A DNA stretch of 64,000 nt, from assembly GCA_963665095.1 (NCBI GenBank), contig OY762069.1, positions 2,432,001-2,496,000 on the forward strand. The letters are read 5' to 3'. Origin of the DNA: an uncultured Desulfobacter sp. GTDB taxonomy: Bacteria; Desulfobacterota; Desulfobacteria; Desulfobacterales; Desulfobacteraceae. Shown here piece after piece: positions 10,086-20,156 of this stretch; position 1 is the stretch's first letter; each line of letters opens with the position of its first letter. Position numbers and translations under genes: made by a program. The notes beneath the pieces were generated by a model, which did not search any database, was not told the origin of the DNA, and saw only the letters and a list, made by a program, of their open reading frames with translations.

Positions 10086-10105
10086 CCGGTCACTGTCGGC
10101 CAAGA

Positions 10106-10140
10106 TTTCACCCGGGGTCCGGCATCAGCCCCGGGTGAAA
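10106..10140. terminator. Bidirectional hairpin terminator between convergent operons
   Basis: tttcacccgggg ... ccccgggtgaaa 12-bp stem. Confidence 0.7.
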
Positions 10141-10156
10141 GAACAAAGGCGTTTTG

Positions 10157-10378
10157 TCAGCTTTCCTCAATAACGGCCAGTACCTGTTTGGTAGCCACTT
10201 TGTCCCCTGTTTTAACAAGGATATCCAACACCTTCCCACTGCCTGTGGCAATGATGGGGTTTTCCATTTTCATGGCTTCAAGGATTAAAAGCTCCTGGTC
10301 TTCAGCCACCGTGTCTCCCACGGATACATTGACCTCGCAAATGGTGCCCGGCATGGGGCTTAGAATTTGAATATTCAT
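10157..10378 (-). CDS. Biotin carboxyl carrier protein (stand-alone)
   Basis: EAMKM biotinylation motif, 73 aa. Confidence 0.92.
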   Translation of the reverse strand: MNIQILSPMPGTICEVNVSVGDTVAEDQELLILEAMKMENPIIATGSGKVLDILVKTGDKVATKQVLAVIEES

Positions 10379-10419
10379 TTCTGTCTCCTTAATTCAAAAT
10401 GTTATCTGTTCAGTATCAC

Positions 10420-11967
10420 TTAGTCGAGATACTTCTCAATCATCTGGCGCAGCTCTTTTTTGGCAATTTTTCCGATGAGTGACCTTGGAACATCCTGGGT
10501 AATGACGATTTTTCTTGGCACTTTATAATCTGCCAGCCCCTTTTTGCAGTATTGCATCAGGGCGTCCGATTCAATTTCAAAGCCGGGTTCAGGAATGACA
10601 AAGGCCACGCCGGTTTCCCCCCAGACCGGATCAGGGATCTCCAGTACGGCCGAGGTATTCACCCCCTTGAAAGTATTGAGATAGGTCTCCACCTCCACAG
10701 GATATACATTATATCCCCCTGATATATACATCTCCTTGATGCGGCCCTTGAAATGCAGATACCCGTCCTTGTCCAGGGCACCCAAATCACCGGTGCTCAT
10801 CCAGCCGTCAACAAATACTCCCTTGTCATCTTCAGGGTCCATGTATCCACTGATGACGCTGTCCCCTTTTACCCACATCTCCCCAACCTCTCCCTGGGGC
10901 ACCTCATTGCCGTTGAGGTCCAGGATCTTCATGGCAAATTCCGGGGCAGGTTTGCCTTCCGTCTTTTCTACAATCTCAAAACTGTCTTCAATTCCGGTAA
11001 AAGTAAAGAAACCACCGGTTTCGCTCATGCCCCAGGAGGCCACGATTTTGGCATGGGGATAAGCTTGCGCCAAATTATGGATCAGCTCGGCAGAGGAGGG
11101 TTCCCCCGAGGTGACAACGCACTTCACCGATGTCAGATCGGCTTTGGAGAAATCAGCGTTCTTGAATATGAGCCGGTGCATGGTGGGCACGCCGCCCATA
11201 AAGGTAATCTTCTGTGCTGACATGAGATCCAGGGTCTCCTGGGGATCAAACTTGGGCACCAGAATGCCGGTGGCACCGGAATAATACTGGGCTGCCAGCA
11301 TATCATGGGTACCGGCCACATGGCTTGTGGGCATGTTGCACAGAAACCGGTCTTCGGCTGTCAGCTGCCAGGCTTCGGTGGTGGCTTTGGCCATGGCCCA
11401 GGTGTTCTTGTGGCTGAGCACTGCCCCCTTGGGACGGCCGGTGGTGCCGCTGGTAAAAATAATAATATAAGGGGCATCGCCATCCGGCTGCAAATCTTTG
11501 GGGATAGGCGCATCATCCCCTTCCAGAAGTGATTCAAAGGGCTTTCCATCTTTGGCATCCAGAACGCCCATATATGAAAACACCGATTCAAATGAAAACA
11601 TGTGGATCAGCGCCTCCACCTCAGCCTTGATCTGTTCGGGAAAGGCAAGACTGACCAGAATCCTTGGGGCGGTCCGGTTGCAAAGGGCAGCCATTTCACC
11701 GGCCTTGAACCGGGGATCAAGAGGCACCACCACAAGACCGATCCTGCCGGCCGCCATATATATGATGGAAAATGCAGGGGACTGGGGCAAAAGCGTTGCA
11801 ATGCGGTCCCCCTGTTTTAAACCAAGGTCCAGCAGTTGCCTTGCCACCTGGTTGATCTGGCAATCAAACTGCGCCCAGGTCACAGCCTGGCCAAAGAAAA
11901 GATACGCTGTCTGGTCGGGCCTGTTAGCTGCATGGGTCTCAATGATACTTGGGAATGCACCTGTCAT
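10420..11967 (-). CDS. Acyl-CoA synthetase (class I adenylate-forming enzyme)
   Basis: FTSGTTGRPKG, WGMSET, TGDLG, GGYNVYP motifs. Confidence 0.93.
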   Translation of the reverse strand: MTGAFPSIIETHAANRPDQTAYLFFGQAVTWAQFDCQINQVARQLLDLGLKQGDRIATLLPQSPAFSIIYMAAGRIGLVVVPLDPRFKAGEMAALCNRTAPRILVSLAFPEQIKAEVEALIHMFSFESVFSYMGVLDAKDGKPFESLLEGDDAPIPKDLQPDGDAPYIIIFTSGTTGRPKGAVLSHKNTWAMAKATTEAWQLTAEDRFLCNMPTSHVAGTHDMLAAQYYSGATGILVPKFDPQETLDLMSAQKITFMGGVPTMHRLIFKNADFSKADLTSVKCVVTSGEPSSAELIHNLAQAYPHAKIVASWGMSETGGFFTFTGIEDSFEIVEKTEGKPAPEFAMKILDLNGNEVPQGEVGEMWVKGDSVISGYMDPEDDKGVFVDGWMSTGDLGALDKDGYLHFKGRIKEMYISGGYNVYPVEVETYLNTFKGVNTSAVLEIPDPVWGETGVAFVIPEPGFEIESDALMQYCKKGLADYKVPRKIVITQDVPRSLIGKIAKKELRQMIEKYLD

Positions 11968-12053
11968 TTTCGGTCCTCCTTTTATAGTAGTTGGTTGAAA
12001 CCTGTCTTTTGATGATTGCGGACTATCCTCTTAAAAATCTTTTCCCAGTATGT

Positions 12054-13616
12054 CTAGCACCTCATGCCCCGCTTTTTAACCCCCAGATTGGTGGCTTCAT
12101 GGTTGAAAATTGTCTCCACCCAGTCGCACAGCAAAGGCCGGGTTTCCCTGGGATCAATGATATCCTCAATCCCGAAATGCTCAGCCGCCCGGAAGGGCTG
12201 GGCAAAGCCACGGTAATAGGCCTGTAGCTGGTCATGAAGGGCCATGGGATCTTCGGCTGACTCAATCTCCGCCCTGTGGGCCGCATAGACCCCGCCCTCA
12301 ATGGGGATGTTACCCCAGTAAGCAGAAGGCCATGCATAGCGCCAGTTCAGCTTGGATGGATCGGCCTGGGCACCGCCGGCCACGCCAAAACACTTCCGGA
12401 TATAAATGGAGGCCCAGGGCACTGTGGCCTGGATCACGGAAAAGCTGGCCCTGACCCCTTTGCGGATGGTGCCGTAGTTTTCCGACTCCACGCCGATAAA
12501 AAAACCGGGCTGGTCAATGAGGTTTACAATGGGCAGGTGAAAGGTGTCGCACATGTCAATGAACCGCTGGAACTTTTCCGCCACATCCCAGGCAAAGGAA
12601 CCAGCCCTGAATCTCGGGTCATTTGCCAGGACTCCCACCGGGTACCCGTTGAGCCGGGCAAGGGCCGTGATCTGAGAGCGGCCCTGGTATTTGCCGATTT
12701 CAAAAAGCGAATCCGTATCAAAGACACATTGAAGAATCTTTCTCATGTCGTAGGTTTTTCTGCCGTCCCTGGGCACAATGGAGAGCAGGTCCTCTTCCCT
12801 GCGACCGGGATCATCTTTGTCCTGGTATTTTCTTTCAGGCAATTCCCATACATTGGCAGGCAGATAGTCCAGGAAACGCCTTGCCTGCTCCATGGCATCT
12901 TCTTCACTCTCCGCCTCATTATCAATCACCCCGCTGATCCGGGTATGGATCCGGTAACCGCCCAGCTCCTCTTTGGTGACCTTCTGACCCTGGGCAAACT
13001 GGACCAGGGGCGGCCCGCCCACAAACACCTGGCTCTTTTCCCTGACCATGACGGAAAAATGGGACTCCACAGCCAGCATGGCTCCGATACCGGAAACAGG
13101 CCCTAACGCCACAGCCACCATGGGTACTTCAGACATGAGATCTGCGAGCATCCCCATGGCCACGTCATTGACCACGGGCAATTCCAGGTACCCGATATCC
13201 GCCACCTCCCGGATGGTCCCGCCAGCCCCGTCCAAAAGCCGCACCATAGGCAGCCGCAGCTCATGGGCCATCTTACCGTTATACGCCAGTTTGGCCTTGA
13301 ACAGGCGCCCCACCGATGCCCCGCGGATGGTAAAATCATCTCCCTGGACAATGACCTTTCGCCCGTTGATCTTTCCCTGGCCAATAACAACGGGACACGG
13401 CGTCAAAGTGTCCAGGTCCTGGTTGTTATTCACATAGGTGGCCACACCGGTCATCATTCCTGTCTCCTTGAATGTATCGGGATCAAGGAGGTAGTCAATC
13501 CTTTCCCGAACCGTCATCTTGCCTAACTCATGCTGTTTGGCCACCCCTTTTTCGCCCCCCAGTTCATGGGCGATTTTTTTCCGCTTCTGGATCTCTTCAA
13601 CCTCTTTTTTCCACAT
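12054..13616 (-). CDS. Acyl-CoA carboxylase/decarboxylase carboxyltransferase subunit
   Basis: GKMTVRERI, DDFTIRGAS, EELGG, IDQPGF, IIDPRETR motifs. Confidence 0.92.
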   Translation of the reverse strand: MWKKEVEEIQKRKKIAHELGGEKGVAKQHELGKMTVRERIDYLLDPDTFKETGMMTGVATYVNNNQDLDTLTPCPVVIGQGKINGRKVIVQGDDFTIRGASVGRLFKAKLAYNGKMAHELRLPMVRLLDGAGGTIREVADIGYLELPVVNDVAMGMLADLMSEVPMVAVALGPVSGIGAMLAVESHFSVMVREKSQVFVGGPPLVQFAQGQKVTKEELGGYRIHTRISGVIDNEAESEEDAMEQARRFLDYLPANVWELPERKYQDKDDPGRREEDLLSIVPRDGRKTYDMRKILQCVFDTDSLFEIGKYQGRSQITALARLNGYPVGVLANDPRFRAGSFAWDVAEKFQRFIDMCDTFHLPIVNLIDQPGFFIGVESENYGTIRKGVRASFSVIQATVPWASIYIRKCFGVAGGAQADPSKLNWRYAWPSAYWGNIPIEGGVYAAHRAEIESAEDPMALHDQLQAYYRGFAQPFRAAEHFGIEDIIDPRETRPLLCDWVETIFNHEATNLGVKKRGMRC

Positions 13617-14002
13617 ATGCGCGTCTCCTTTGCTGCCGGGACAAAATAATGGGCAGCTGCAATGGTTGATGGGTATGTTGACGGTTTATGCTGCGGGTCA
13701 ATGTCTTATTCACAGCCCTGTTTACGGCCGAATTCATGGTTGGTGACCCTACAACTGAATTCAATACGTTCTAACTACTGAACACCGTTCGGGCTGTCAA
13801 GACAAAACCAGAATTTAATTCATTTATTTATATACCTTATTTCTTCTATCTAATTGATGAATCTGTATGCTGATTTTATATACGGATAGCCAATTCGCAT
13901 TTTAAAAATCAATTGGATTTAAACGGGCATGGATGCAAAAAAACTTTGGATGCAAAAAATGTTATGAACAATTAATACTTTCTTAAGGAGGGAGCCTTAG
14001 TT

Positions 14003-15094
14003 ATGGCTAAAAATTTCTTTTCAACCCGCGTTGGCATAATTGCGGTGGGTGCGGTGATCGGTATTCTGGCGGCTGTGTTGCAGAAACTTGGAAATCCGGG
14101 GAACATGGGCATCTGTGTGGCCTGCTTTGAACGGGATATCGCAGGGGCACTCGGACTTCACCGGGCAGGCGTGGTTCAGTACATCCGGCCTGAGATCATT
14201 GGATTTGTTTTAGGGTCTCTTGTAGCTGCTTACAGTTTCAAAGAGTTCAAACCAAGATGCGGGTCCGCCCCCATCGTTCGTTTTGTATTAGGCGTCTTTG
14301 CCATGATCGGTGCGCTTGTTTTCCTTGGCTGCCCCTGGCGGGCCGTGCTCCGCCTGGCCGGCGGGGATCTGAATGCCATTTTAGGGATTGCAGGCCTTGG
14401 ATTCGGCATCTGGATCGGAGTCATGTTCCTGAAAAACGGATATAACCTTGGCCGCACCCAGAGTACCCATGCCGGAGCCGCATGGATGCTGCCTCTGGTG
14501 ATGCTGGGATTTCTGGCATTGATGTTCATTTATCCCCAGGTGGCTGGTGAAGGTAAAAGCGGGGTTTTGTTCTACAGTCTTAAAGGGCCGGGCGCCATGC
14601 ATGCCCCGCTGATCATCTCCCTGGTGGTGGGTTTGGGTATTGGATTCTTAGCCCAGCGCAGCCGGTTCTGCACCATGGGCGCTTTGCGTGACCTGATCCT
14701 GTTCGGCCAGACCCATCTGCTCTCCGGATTTATCTCCCTTCTGGTATGCGCCTGCATCGCCAATGTGGTTTTAGGGCAGTTTCATCCCGGATTTACGGGT
14801 CAGCCTGTGGCCCACACCCTGCATCTGTGGAACTTTTTAGGAATGGCCCTGGCAGGCCTGGCCTTTGCCCTGGCCGGTGGATGTCCCGGTCGCCAGCTTT
14901 TCCTGGCCGGTGAAGGGGATACCGACGCATCTGTATTTGTTTTAGGTATGATCGTAGGCGCAGGCTTTGCCCACAACTTTGGTCTTGCAAGCTCCCCCAA
15001 GGGTGTTGGCCCCCATGGTATTGCTGCGGTCATTGTGGGATTCGCAGTCTGTTTATTCATCGGATTTGCTATGAGAAAACGGCTTACCAATTAA
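14003..15094 (+). CDS. yedE: YedE/YeeE family putative selenium/sulfur transporter
   Basis: GNPGNMGICVACFERDIAG, FLGCPWR, RSRFCTMG, GGCPGRQ motifs. Confidence 0.88.
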   Translation: MAKNFFSTRVGIIAVGAVIGILAAVLQKLGNPGNMGICVACFERDIAGALGLHRAGVVQYIRPEIIGFVLGSLVAAYSFKEFKPRCGSAPIVRFVLGVFAMIGALVFLGCPWRAVLRLAGGDLNAILGIAGLGFGIWIGVMFLKNGYNLGRTQSTHAGAAWMLPLVMLGFLALMFIYPQVAGEGKSGVLFYSLKGPGAMHAPLIISLVVGLGIGFLAQRSRFCTMGALRDLILFGQTHLLSGFISLLVCACIANVVLGQFHPGFTGQPVAHTLHLWNFLGMALAGLAFALAGGCPGRQLFLAGEGDTDASVFVLGMIVGAGFAHNFGLASSPKGVGPHGIAAVIVGFAVCLFIGFAMRKRLTN

Positions 15095-15117
15095 ATTTGA
15101 AAATAAGGAAATAACTC

Positions 15118-15339
15118 ATGAGTACAATAGTTGATGCAAGGGGCCTTTCATGCCCCCAGCCGGTTCTGATGACCCTGGATGCCATTAAGTCCGGGAGTGA
15201 CAGTGAACTTGAAATCCTGGTGGACAATGTCGCCTCCAGGGAAAACGTGGTCCGGGCCGCAGAAAGCAAGGGCTGGAAAGTTGCCGGTATCAATGATAAA
15301 GATAACGGTGACACCGAAATTTCCATCCAGAAGGGATAA
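15118..15339 (+). CDS. TusA/SirA/YedF-family sulfur/selenium carrier
   Basis: VDARGLSCPQPV motif, 73 aa. Confidence 0.9.
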   Translation: MSTIVDARGLSCPQPVLMTLDAIKSGSDSELEILVDNVASRENVVRAAESKGWKVAGINDKDNGDTEISIQKG

Positions 15340-15350
15340 GGACCAGGAAT

Positions 15351-15905
15351 TTGTTTAAACGTGTAAGCCGACTGTTTAACAGGACCCGGGTAGATGCTTC
15401 GCCCAGGGCAAAGGAAGATCTGGGCATCCTGGTGTTTGAAAATACCTCTGAGGTGATTCAGGCGGAGAACTTTTTGAAAGATAAGGGGTGGCCCGTCAAG
15501 GTGATGGGGCCGCCCCCCGGTATTCAGAGCGGCTGCGATCTGGTGATCCAGTTTCCCCTGATCGAGCGGCTGGTCCTGACCCGGCAGCTTGAAGAGGCGG
15601 GGCTTCCGCCCCTGGAAGTGGTGCCGGTGACTCATCCCCTGCTCAAGCCTGTGGACCTTTTTCACACAAAGGATTTTGGTGATTACCTTATGGTCCGGGC
15701 CGCCAACATGAAGCTGACCATTGAAAAAAAGACGAAAATCATTGTGAACGTATCCGGGGGCGGCTGTCCTGATGTGCCGTATCTTGCCTGGGAGATGGTG
15801 GGCAAACACCTGGACCAGGCCCCAAGGCCCGGAAAGATCGGGCACACCCTTTGCGGGTATGCTCTGGAACTTGCCCACGAGGAGATGTTACGCCAGTGCT
15901 CCTGA
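15351..15905 (+). CDS. DUF3343-domain protein
   Basis: FENTSEVIQAE...PPPGIQSGC N-domain; GGGCPDVP and TLCGY Cys motifs; operon context. Confidence 0.7.
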   Translation: MFKRVSRLFNRTRVDASPRAKEDLGILVFENTSEVIQAENFLKDKGWPVKVMGPPPGIQSGCDLVIQFPLIERLVLTRQLEEAGLPPLEVVPVTHPLLKPVDLFHTKDFGDYLMVRAANMKLTIEKKTKIIVNVSGGGCPDVPYLAWEMVGKHLDQAPRPGKIGHTLCGYALELAHEEMLRQCS

Positions 15906-16780
15906 TAGTAGGTACCGTACCCGATGAAAACTTTCCCTTAACGGTGGGACCGGCCCTGCTGGACGGCACTGATCTTGTGGTCAATGGTATCCGTGTGCCC
16001 GTGAACCGGGGGACGCCTGCGCTCATCGGGGCAGTGCTCAAGGCGGCCCTGCTCCTTGGAGATATGGAAATCCAGGTAGCCCTGGTGGGAGATATCGGCA
16101 CAGGCAAAGGCAGCCGGGATCTCTACGGTCATCTTGTCCGGCATATTGGGGAAATGAAACCCGCCACCCTGGCCTTCCACTACCTGCAGCCGGATGTGGA
16201 CTGGCACAATAAGATCCTGTTTGCCATCGAGGAGATGAAAAACAGGCCGATACTCATTGCGGATGCAGGATTCATGTATGCAGCCAAGATGAGCGGCCAG
16301 GCCCAAAGCTATGATCTTTTTACGCCGGATGTGGGGGAACTTTCGTTCCTGGCCGATGAAACCGCGCCCCATCCGTTTTACACCAGGGGCTTCATCCTCC
16401 ACCAGGACAACCAGGTCCCGGACCTTATTGACCGTGCATACCAGCACAAAAATGCCGGTCGCCACCTGCTGGTCAAAGGCAGTGTGGATTATATAGTGGC
16501 AGACGGTAAAATCCTTAACCAGGTGAACCAGCCCTCAGCTGAAGCCATGGAGGCCATGGGCGGCACCGGCGACACCCTGACAGGCCTGGCCTGCGCCCTG
16601 ATCAGCCAGGGAAGGCCCATACCGGAGGCAGCCCACATCGCTGCGCTGACAAACCGGCTGGCAGGGATATATGCAGAACCCACCCCTGCCACCCAGGTCA
16701 TGGAGATTATTTCGCAGATTCCAAAAGCGCTGGCCCAGGCTCTGGAAGAGCCGGGTCCAGCTGATCTGAAACACTTTTAA
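15896..16780 (+). CDS. Ribokinase-fold carbohydrate kinase / NAD(P)HX dehydratase-like protein
   Basis: LIADAG, FTPDVGEL, LLVKG, MGGTGDTLTG anion-hole motif; GTG start at 15896. Confidence 0.78.
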   Translation: MLLIVGTVPDENFPLTVGPALLDGTDLVVNGIRVPVNRGTPALIGAVLKAALLLGDMEIQVALVGDIGTGKGSRDLYGHLVRHIGEMKPATLAFHYLQPDVDWHNKILFAIEEMKNRPILIADAGFMYAAKMSGQAQSYDLFTPDVGELSFLADETAPHPFYTRGFILHQDNQVPDLIDRAYQHKNAGRHLLVKGSVDYIVADGKILNQVNQPSAEAMEAMGGTGDTLTGLACALISQGRPIPEAAHIAALTNRLAGIYAEPTPATQVMEIISQIPKALAQALEEPGPADLKHF

Positions 16781-16796
16781 TACAGAGCAGGCAGAT

Positions 16797-17042
16797 ATGA
16801 CAGACCCAAACCCGTCCAGGCCAAACGGCGCTTCCCCCGCTATCCGGCCTGACATGACCGTGCTGGATATTGTTTCCCAGTACCGCGCCACCCAGGATGT
16901 GTTCAAACAATGGGATGACAAGGCCGGCGAGTGCATCTGCTGCAATGCCCTGTTTGAGCCGCTCAAAGCAGTGGCAGAAAAATACAGTCTGGATCTCGAC
17001 ACCCTGACCAGGGAACTTGAGACAGCGACCAAACAAAAGTAA
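16797..17042 (+). CDS. Small Cys-motif hypothetical protein (DUF1858-like)
   Basis: IRPDMTVLDIV..Y..T..VF, CICC motif. Confidence 0.6.
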   Translation: MTDPNPSRPNGASPAIRPDMTVLDIVSQYRATQDVFKQWDDKAGECICCNALFEPLKAVAEKYSLDLDTLTRELETATKQK

Positions 17043-17074
17043 CACGTCAATTCCGCGAGGCCCAAAAGTAAGCT

Positions 17075-17126
17075 ATACTTCGTGATCTTCGGGCTAACTG
17101 TCATTAATTCAGTTACCACGAAGTAT
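17075..17126. terminator. Nested inverted repeat between convergent genes
   Basis: atacttcgtg/cacgaagtat outer and taactg/cagtta inner stems. Confidence 0.4.
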
Positions 17127-17151
17127 TAAGGGCGTAACTACCTGTAAAATA

Positions 17152-18876
17152 TCAGGTCCGGAACCGGCTCATCATGGCACTGAGCTTCTCAGCCAGGCCG
17201 GAAAGCCCTGTGGCACTCTCTTTCACCTGGACACTGTTGCCTTTCATCTCATCGGTGGAGTGGTGGACTTCAGAAATTGAAAGGGTGATCTCCTTTGCCA
17301 CATCCGAGCTGTGGGCCACGCTTTCATTAACCTGTGAAATACCCTCTGACACATTGGCGACATTCCGGGCGATTTCATGGGTGGCTGCGGACTGCTCCTC
17401 AACAGCTGTGGCATTGGTTGTGACAATATCATTGATCTGGACAATAACATCTGAAATTTTATTGATCTCATCTGCTGAGGTTTTTGCAGAAGCCTGAATT
17501 TCGTCAATCTGGGCCTTGATTTCCAGAGTTGATTTGGCCGTCTGAAGTGCCAGTTCCTTTATTTCGTGGGCAACAACAGCAAACCCCTTTCCTGCTTCCC
17601 CTGCCCTGGCAGCCTCAATGGTAGCATTCAGGGACAAAAGATTGGTCTGGTCGGAAATCTCGTTGATGGTCTCAGTGACATCCCCAATGGCATCTGCCAC
17701 CTTCCCAAGATGGACCATCTGGCGGCTGGCAGACTTTGACTGTTCAACCGCCTTATCCGTTATCGTCTTTGCATGTTCAGTATTTTTCGTGATTTCGCTG
17801 ATTGTATTGGTCATCTCCTCTACAGCACCCATCACGGAATTGACATTGTCTGACGCCGTCATCATGCTGTCGGCAACACGGGTCATGTTGTTACTCATTT
17901 CTGCGGCCGCGCCGGACACGGTGTCTGCCTTAACCGCATTATCCTGGGCAGTAGCCGCCACATTTTCAGAAAGCTGTGTCAGGCCACCGGCCGATACATT
18001 CAACTGGTTGATCCCCTCTTTAATCTGTTCCACCATCTTTCTTAAGCTTCCTGTCATCTCGTTGATACCGGCCACCATAATGCCAAGTTCGTCGTTGCTT
18101 TTCATGTCCAGTGTGTGTTGAAAATCACCGTTTGAAACAGACTGCACAAAAGCAACCGTCTTTTTAAGGGGCGTTGTAATGGAACGGGTAATCAGAAAAG
18201 CAATGACACCGATCACCATTGCGGCAGCAATACTTATGATCGTAAACAGGCGTTTAATCAAATCGGAAAAATACTGGGCCACTTCTCCCATGGTGGCATG
18301 AAATTTTTTAAGCAGGTCAGGCAGCTGCGCCTCAACTCCATGGAATTTGCCGATAATCTCTTTTTTCTTCCCGGGATCCGTTTCCTTTTCATAGGCTTCA
18401 AATATGTTGTGCCATTCGGCTGTGATCTCATGGGCCTGATCAGTGATCCCGATCAGTTTATCGAGCAACGGTTTTCCCTCAAGCGCATTGACCAGGCTGA
18501 CAACCTTGGGAATGGACTTTCTGTATGTATCCCCGGTTTTCTGAACGTAGATGTCCGTAATTTTCTCTACAGACGTCTCTGAGGCCATGATCTTTCTGAC
18601 AACACCCATTCTGGCATCGGTAAGCATAATTGTGGTAAGCAGGTTTAAAATTCTGTCTCCCTGGGCTCTGTCTCCGGAGTTAATATATTTTTCAAAGGTC
18701 CTGCTCACATCACTGGTTAACAGCTCGTATTGATAAGCTGTTTCCTTAATACTTGCTGATTCGCTGATTTTGCCAAAAAATCCCAAGCTGATAAAAACGA
18801 GACTCATTATCGAAACAAGCGCCAGAACAATAATGACAAAAATCTTTTTACCTACTGAATTAAATAACATCCCCAT
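17152..18876 (-). CDS. Methyl-accepting chemotaxis protein
   Basis: Two TMs, [31 protein letters not shown] signalling hairpin. Confidence 0.95.
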   Translation of the reverse strand: MGMLFNSVGKKIFVIIVLALVSIMSLVFISLGFFGKISESASIKETAYQYELLTSDVSRTFEKYINSGDRAQGDRILNLLTTIMLTDARMGVVRKIMASETSVEKITDIYVQKTGDTYRKSIPKVVSLVNALEGKPLLDKLIGITDQAHEITAEWHNIFEAYEKETDPGKKKEIIGKFHGVEAQLPDLLKKFHATMGEVAQYFSDLIKRLFTIISIAAAMVIGVIAFLITRSITTPLKKTVAFVQSVSNGDFQHTLDMKSNDELGIMVAGINEMTGSLRKMVEQIKEGINQLNVSAGGLTQLSENVAATAQDNAVKADTVSGAAAEMSNNMTRVADSMMTASDNVNSVMGAVEEMTNTISEITKNTEHAKTITDKAVEQSKSASRQMVHLGKVADAIGDVTETINEISDQTNLLSLNATIEAARAGEAGKGFAVVAHEIKELALQTAKSTLEIKAQIDEIQASAKTSADEINKISDVIVQINDIVTTNATAVEEQSAATHEIARNVANVSEGISQVNESVAHSSDVAKEITLSISEVHHSTDEMKGNSVQVKESATGLSGLAEKLSAMMSRFRT

Positions 18877-19115
18877 GATCGCACCTCTCCATGAATCGAA
18901 AATTCTTGATCAATTTTTGATAAATTTCTAACGAGAATTAAGACCGTTTGAATAGTAACGAAAAGCAAAAAATTTTGCAATCAGCATTTTTATCAAAGGA
19001 ATAGGGGCGAAACACCATTAAATGTCAAGTCACTCTTCTGCTTTACAAATATTTTTGAAACTTCTAAAAAATAAACCCAGTTGTCTGGTCCGCACCATCC
19101 CGCTCCAGGGCAATA

Positions 19116-20156
19116 CTACTTGCCGAAGCTGCAGGCTGGGAAGCGGCACTCCCGGCAATTGGCGCAGAACCCGCCATGGCCCATGCGGACAATATCTTCC
19201 CGGGTCAGCGGCAGGCCTGCCAGGATTCTTGGGACCACCAGGTCAAAGATGGAGGCACGGCAGTACATGACGCAGCCGGGAAGACCCACCACAGGCACAT
19301 CGCCGATCCTGGCCAGCATGAACATGGCGCCGGGGAGCACTGGCGCGCCATAGGTAACCACTTCTCCGCCGGCCGCCCGGATGGCCGCAGGGGTCAGGTC
19401 GTCCGGGTCCACGGACATCCCACCGGTGACGGCAATAAAATCAGCACCGTCATTTAAAAACTCCCGGATGGCGGCCACGGTCATCTCCATATCATCGGAG
19501 ACCACCTTTTTGCCCAGAATCTGTGACCCCAGGCTTTCAAATTTGGCGGAAACCACCGGGCCGAACCCGTCCCGGATACGTTTATGAAACACTTCAGATC
19601 CTGTGACCACCAGCCCGACCTGACAGGTTTTAAAGGGCCGGACCTCTATAATGGGATAATGTTTACGGCAGACAGCTTCAGCCATTTCAACGGCATCTGC
19701 AGGTATAGTCAACGGCACCACCCGGGTACCGGCGAGCTCCTCACCTTTCTTCACGTCCCGGTGGGTGTGCAGGGTGGCAAAAATCACATCCTGGATGCTG
19801 TTGAGTTCAAACAGGGCATCCACATTGACGTTGAGCAAACCGTGAATCTCAGAATTAAAGGAGACCTTGCCCTCCCGGGGTTCTGACAGCCGAAGATTTC
19901 CCCCCACAGCTGCCCGGGCAATGCGAAGCGCTGCCTCATCCTCATGCAGTTCGTTTTCAAGGCTTTTGACGTAGATATTTTCCTTGCCCATACTGAGCAG
20001 GACCTCCACATCCTCAGCCGCAATCACATGGCCTTTTTTAAACTGCGGCCCTTTGAACAGATCCGGAATAATGCGCGTGATATCATGGAGCAGCACTTTG
20101 CCCACAGCATCCTTAACCGGAACAGCTTCCATCTTGTCCTTTTCATAATATTTCAT
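19116..20156 (-). CDS. Molybdopterin-binding protein (MoeA-like)
   Basis: VTGSEV, TGGMSVDPDDLTP, PVLPGAM, GLPGC; C-terminal Cys cluster. Confidence 0.88.
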   Translation of the reverse strand: MKYYEKDKMEAVPVKDAVGKVLLHDITRIIPDLFKGPQFKKGHVIAAEDVEVLLSMGKENIYVKSLENELHEDEAALRIARAAVGGNLRLSEPREGKVSFNSEIHGLLNVNVDALFELNSIQDVIFATLHTHRDVKKGEELAGTRVVPLTIPADAVEMAEAVCRKHYPIIEVRPFKTCQVGLVVTGSEVFHKRIRDGFGPVVSAKFESLGSQILGKKVVSDDMEMTVAAIREFLNDGADFIAVTGGMSVDPDDLTPAAIRAAGGEVVTYGAPVLPGAMFMLARIGDVPVVGLPGCVMYCRASIFDLVVPRILAGLPLTREDIVRMGHGGFCANCRECRFPACSFGK

